64,000 bases of DNA, from assembly GCF_015706575.1 (NCBI RefSeq), contig NW_024037061.1, positions 979,897 to 1,043,896 of the forward strand. Reading direction: 5' to 3'. The notes beneath the pieces are model-generated. The model was not told the origin of the DNA. It was given only the letters and a program-made list of their open reading frames with translations, and did not search any database. Below are positions 59,717-64,000 of this stretch, piece after piece (position 1 is the first letter of the stretch; every line of letters begins with the position of its first letter). The stretch comes from Patiria miniata (Eukaryota). Position numbers and translations under genes: made by a program.

Positions 59717-59868
59717 CCTGTGTTGTACTACTGAGAAGTAGTCGAGAAAGCTATGTCCGTTGACGGTAACCTGCCCATTTCCCTGGTCCCTAACAATCAC
59801 GTTGGCTTCAGCCTCCTTCCGTGTGCCGTGCCCTTTAGCGAAGGCTCGGCCCGTCTCGTCAAATTGGA
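59717..59868 (-). CDS. MRPS9: MRPS9 exon (uS9 core: IQFDETGRAFAKGHGTRKEAEANVIVRDQGNGQVTVNGHSFLDYFSVVQH)
   Basis: Matches the uS9 signature G.G.RK.A.A.V....G.G.I.VNG.....YF and human MRPS9 (..GKISVNGVDYLLYFPVTQD). Acceptor tag|ATC, donor GTATAT. Phase 0 to 2. Confidence 0.75.
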
Positions 59869-60169
59869 TCTAATGCACATGAAATAAAAGTAACAAATTG
59901 AAGTCTGACCTGTTAATCACCTGCCATCTCTAAATAGATTCTAGGATCACAAAGTTCTATTTTGTTTTCACCATTTTACTCCAATGGAAAGGATGTGACT
60001 TTGTGTTCAATTTTGTAAACGCTTAGCAAATATTTTAAACGTTTAGCAATTCACAAAGGCTGACATGTGATCGACATGATAAAGCAACTATGATTTGGCA
60101 TAATATATAGTGGGCAGTCATTGAAAAAGTCAAACCTAACTACGCAAAGAAACTGAGCAATAACTAAAT

Positions 60170-60390
60170 ATGAAAAAATAGGAGCAGTTTTTGAAAAAAA
60201 GCCAGTTTTTCCCAACGCTGGTCGGCCAACCAGCGTTGGAAAAATACAGTTTTTCTTGAAAATGTCAGCACACCAGGAGCCACAATTTTACAGGGTGCTT
60301 TAGACTGTCAATCCCTCAAAATTCAGTAAGGATCTTTTCGTTTTTTGATGTTTGCAAGTGTTGTATTTTTCCTTTAAATTTTTTTCAATT
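60170..60390. mobile_element. Partial copy (3' half) of TTAA-MITE family 2
   Basis: Homologous to 16840-17060, ending gcaagtgttgtatttttcctttaa. Confidence 0.55.
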
Positions 60391-61487
60391 ATATAGGTTT
60401 TCCCGGCTATTTTAACACTTGTATCACACGAATTCCCTATATTGATACTTTATTTTCGTCCCCGATCATCGCAAAGCTCACTTCTCATTTTGAATTTCAG
60501 AAAACCACCACTATATTTCATTTAAGGTTCAGTTTAATTCAAATTGTTAGCGTTCCGATTCGTCTAAAATCTTTGCAATTCGTCTCGTGAAGCAATCGAC
60601 GTTGAATTGACAAAGCAAATTCGTTTTTGGAAATTCGTTTTCATGTTGTTGTCATTACATTTCATCCCTGGTGACTTAAATCGTATACGATTAGAAAATG
60701 CACCCAATCTTTAGACTTATTTGAAGAATTATGCGTATTAAAACAATGATAATTCAACATATATTTCCTTATATGTATAAATAAAAGTAGTTAGCTGTAA
60801 GGTATGAAATTTTATTTCCGTGTTTCACAATTAACATTAGAGTCAGGAATTGACATTTCACAATATGCACTTATGACATGGACACTAAGTATTAAGTTCA
60901 AAGACCTTCTTAATGTTGTTCTTTGATAGACATGCCTTATTTCTGTTGTTTTATTCATATACATACATGTATATCAAAGAGCAACATTACGAAGGTGTTT
61001 GATCTTAATGCTTAATTTCCATATGCTAAGCAAAGAGCCTATAGTGAAAGTTCTATTTCTGATTTTAATGTTAATTGTCAAATAAAACTCAAAACTTACA
61101 GCTATACTTTCATTTATAAGGACACATTTGTTAAAAATTTAAATTTAATTAATGCGCAAACAAGTCCAAAGATTGGGCACATTTTTAATCGTAACGTTTT
61201 AAGTCGCGAGAGACGAAATGTAACGGCAAGAACATTAAAACGAATGACAAAAAACGAAATTGCTTTTTCAATTCAACGCCGATTGCTTCACGAGACGAAT
61301 TTCAAAGATTTTGGACGAATCGGAATGCTAACAATTTGAATTATACTGAACCTTAAATGAAATCTAGTGGTGGCTTTTTGAAATTCAAATTGAGAATTGA
61401 GCTTGGCGATGTTCGGGGACGAATTTTAAGTATTGATATAGGGAATTCGTGTGATACAAGTGTTAAAATAGCCGGGAAAACCTATAT
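60391..61487. mobile_element. Foldback element of about 1.1 kb with roughly 300-bp inverted arms (MRPS9 intron)
   Basis: 60391-60700 is the reverse complement of 61190-61487, with ends atataggttttcccggctattttaacacttg ... caagtgttaaaatagccgggaaaacctatat. Confidence 0.75.
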
Positions 61488-61521
61488 TTAATGGGACGAA
61501 TTGATGATATGTTGAACTTAC

Positions 61522-61647
61522 TGGTTCTATGACTTCGCGGCTCAAGACGGCAACCAACTCCTCTCTGAATTTCAAGATGTAGTCCTCAACTTCTTTGGCA
61601 TATGGCTGCTGTAAGATTCTCTCCAGTAATAGCGTGAATTTGTTGTA
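61522..61647 (-). CDS. MRPS9: MRPS9-like exon (YNKFTLLLERILQQPYAKEVEDYILKFREELVAVLSREVIEP)
   Basis: Acceptor tgtctttccag, donor GTAAGT. Phase 0 to 0. Confidence 0.5.
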
Positions 61648-62117
61648 CTGGAAAGACAAAAAATGAAAAAGAAAATCATGTTCTGTTGGTTCATTGATTT
61701 ATTTTTAGTATCTTTTTTGGTACATTATTAACACCTGTTAGTATTAATTTCATATTTCATATTGATTATCATACATATTCCAATATTACGATGTCAGTAT
61801 GCGCATGTTATCAGTTCTAAACTGTGAAGCAAATTCTCCAAAATCCTCTCTGCAAAATTTTGCAGGATTGGGGTTACATGGCAAAAGCGTGTTGCTGATT
61901 TCGGAGGATGCACTGTGTCAAGGTCTTGGGCCAGACCTTGTGTTGTTTATGCTCAGCCTAGCTAGGCCGAGTTTATACTTGAAATCCTCCGCACTGCTAC
62001 AGGATGTCACTGGCTCTGCCTCAACATTTTGACAGTGATTGACACAGGATTTTGCAGCATTGAGGCAGTGATCACCCCTCCAAGGACCACATTCAAGAAA
62101 TAGCGGAGAATTGAGGT

Positions 62118-62500
62118 TAGGCCAAAAAAAAAATAAGTCGGTCTCTGGTCAGCGCGTGCGTCGATTTTAATCATGCGCGTCAATCTTTTTTTTTCCCAAA
62201 ATGTTCCGCGGTAGCTCCAACAGCGCCCTCTATTGCCGCACCTCCTCAATTTTTTTTACCAAAGAGCACCAAGGAATGGGAAATTGCACCAAGGCAAATT
62301 ATCAGGAGCACCAAGGCAAATTATGGAGGACACCAATGTACATGAGGACACCAAGTAGCAAAATAGTACCCCACCTTGTCTGTACAATCCAATCTTGAAA
62401 AAAAAAAAAAAAAGCCAAAAAAAAAAAAAAGCCGCGTCCCCGCGTCAATTCCGGAACTTTGGTCTGACCAGAGACCGAATATTTTTTTTTTTTGGCCTTA
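62118..62500. mobile_element. PIF/Harbinger-like MITE, related family (TIR GGCCAAAAAAAAAAtaagtCGGTCTCTGGTCAG), TSD TTA (MRPS9 intron)
   Basis: Imperfect TIRs. TTA flanks both ends. Confidence 0.6.
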
Positions 62501-62695
62501 TCTGTTATTTTTACATGGAGGAAGTTAGAGGATTTTGCAGGATTGATGTTACATGCTATTTTCACATGGAGGTAGTTGGTGGATTTTGTAGGATTGAGGT
62601 CACATCCTAGCAAAAATGCCTGGGAGTTAGGAATAATGAATATGAAAAAAAAAAATTGAATAATCAAATTATAGAATTGAATTGAACGAACTTAC

Positions 62696-62771
62696 ATCCG
62701 AGTCTGAGATTTCCTCCACAATCATCGATCCCACTGCCTTCTTATCAATCCACTGGCTTCGTACTAGATCC
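62696..62771 (-). CDS. MRPS9: MRPS9-like exon ((L)DLVRSQWIDKKAVGSMIVEEISDSD)
   Basis: Acceptor ctgaataacag, donor GTAAGT. Phase 2 to 0. Confidence 0.45.
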
Positions 62772-63520
62772 CTGTTATTCAGGACCACCACGAAATAAAA
62801 AAAAATAGAACCTCTTTGAATAGACTAGATCTTGTGCACCGGAAATAAGGCTGTTGCATTTACAATAACAAGAATGGTGAGGTGTTCTTGCAAAATGAGA
62901 TGGAAGTGGGCCGAGCCGTTGAGGAGAAAAATGCAAAAAAAAAACCTGACTGGGGGTAATTTTCTTCAATTTTCAGATTCTGTGATATCTGTTACCTTTT
63001 GTATACTGCACATAAATAATGAAAGGTTTGCGGAAACACCATGTGTGAATAATTTCTCAACTAAGAGAATGGTTCTGAAAAGAACCAGAGGTATAAACTT
63101 GACGTTCCGGTCAGTATGCTCTGACCGTCTTCAGGAGAATGTCTTCAGGAGTCTCCAGGAGCATTCTCCTGAAGACGGTCAGAGCATACTGACTGGAACG
63201 TCGAGTTTATACCTCTGGTTCTTTTCAGAGCCATTCTCTTAGTTGAGAAATTATTCGCACATGGTGTTTCCGCAAACCTTTCATTATTTAGTATCTCCAC
63301 CATGCAAAGCCTCAAATCTTACTTATACTGCACATGTTTTGAAGACTAACAAAATGTGGATTGAATGTGTTTTTTAAAGACAAACAATTGGATGGAGCAG
63401 GAATTATCTGTTAGACCCTATGACAATGCCCGCCTCATTACATTGTGTCAACCAAATCACAATCTATCAGCAATCTTATTTATGACTTAAGAATACTTTG
63501 AAGTATTAAAGAAAACTCAC

Positions 63521-63606
63521 AGTTTTTCTGCCGTTGGCTTCAAGATTCCTTTCGTGATGCAGCTGTTCTCAATTTCGATGACTTTGTTCAGCTCAGTGTG
63601 GGTCTC
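63521..63606 (-). CDS. MRPS9: MRPS9-like upstream exon (ETHTELNKVIEIENSCITKGILKPTAEK)
   Basis: Acceptor tctcacag, donor GTGAGT. Phase 0 to 2, matching the next exon. Assigned to the gene by phase continuity only. The gene start is probably beyond the window end. Confidence 0.4.
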
Positions 63607-64000
63607 CTGTGAGAAGCAACATTGACAGCAAACTCAACATCTTCAAGCAAACTTTGCCGAACTTTAAAAGACCCATGAAATAGAAATTGGTTTAATGCAT
63701 CCTTGATAACGCACTTCTAAGTACCAAATAACTTAATTTCTTCATGCTGCACTTTTCAAGGGAGTTTTGGTGCCTTTTGGTTATGCTAATTGCATATTTC
63801 CATATTCATGGCCAAAACTGTTATGTCATTCACGGTAGAGGCTTCAGTGATGCAACTTCTTGGACAAACGAAATTGCGAGCATTTTTGATTCTGTGCTAA
63901 ATGTTCGATTCAGTGCATGAAGGTATTAAAGTCAACAGACAAAATTTGTGCACATTCAAATTATTTGTTCTCTGTGAGCAAATTCCTGGGTTCATAATTT

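Noticed and set aside
62832-63242. 136-aa plus-strand ORF
   Set aside because: It lies in an MRPS9 intron opposite a minus-strand exon, contains an inverted repeat (63100-63250) and has no similarity.
1-64000. Prokaryote-style systems (CRISPR arrays, defence operons, toxin-antitoxin pairs)
   Set aside because: The sequence has canonical GT-AG introns, metazoan genes, SINEs and MITEs, and no direct-repeat/spacer arrays or operon-like ORF packing. It is a eukaryotic nuclear locus.

Overview
This is a eukaryotic (metazoan) nuclear locus, very repeat-rich, with four recognisable protein-coding genes and no CRISPR arrays, rRNA or prokaryotic operons. The high density of MITEs, tRNA-derived SINEs and homopolymer runs suggests a cephalochordate such as amphioxus or another invertebrate deuterostome, but this is a guess.

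- **REV3L (minus strand, 763..5137):** the 5' end of a DNA polymerase zeta catalytic subunit orthologue. The start codon is at 5137-5135, six exons are visible, and the gene continues past the window start.
- **PARP4 (plus strand, 17925..45622):** a complete vault poly(ADP-ribose) polymerase orthologue of about 35 exons. All intron phases are mutually consistent and the domain order is BRCT, PARP regulatory, PARP catalytic, VIT, vWA, a long proline-rich repetitive C-terminal region carried mainly by a 2.9 kb exon, and a conserved C-terminal exon.
- **C-type lectin plus PAN/apple gene (minus strand, 52114..52878):** intronless, with a predicted signal peptide.
- **MRPS9-like gene (minus strand, 57732..63606):** a mitochondrial ribosomal protein S9 (uS9) gene of at least six exons; its 5' end lies beyond the window.

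Introns and intergenic DNA are saturated with mobile elements: TTAA-flanked (piggyBac-like) MITEs, TAA/TTA-flanked (PIF/Harbinger-like) MITEs, several families of tRNA-derived SINEs, long foldback elements and tandem duplications. The most notable observations are:

- an apparent 1-bp frameshift inside a PARP4 vWA exon;
- a tandem cassette-exon duplication in PARP4;
- a tandem triplication of a PARP4 exon-intron junction;
- a foldback MITE whose terminus abuts an exon and supplies a perfect alternative donor site;
- in-frame 57-aa tandem repeats inside the giant PARP4 exon.

All coordinates were hand-derived and may be off by one or two bases.
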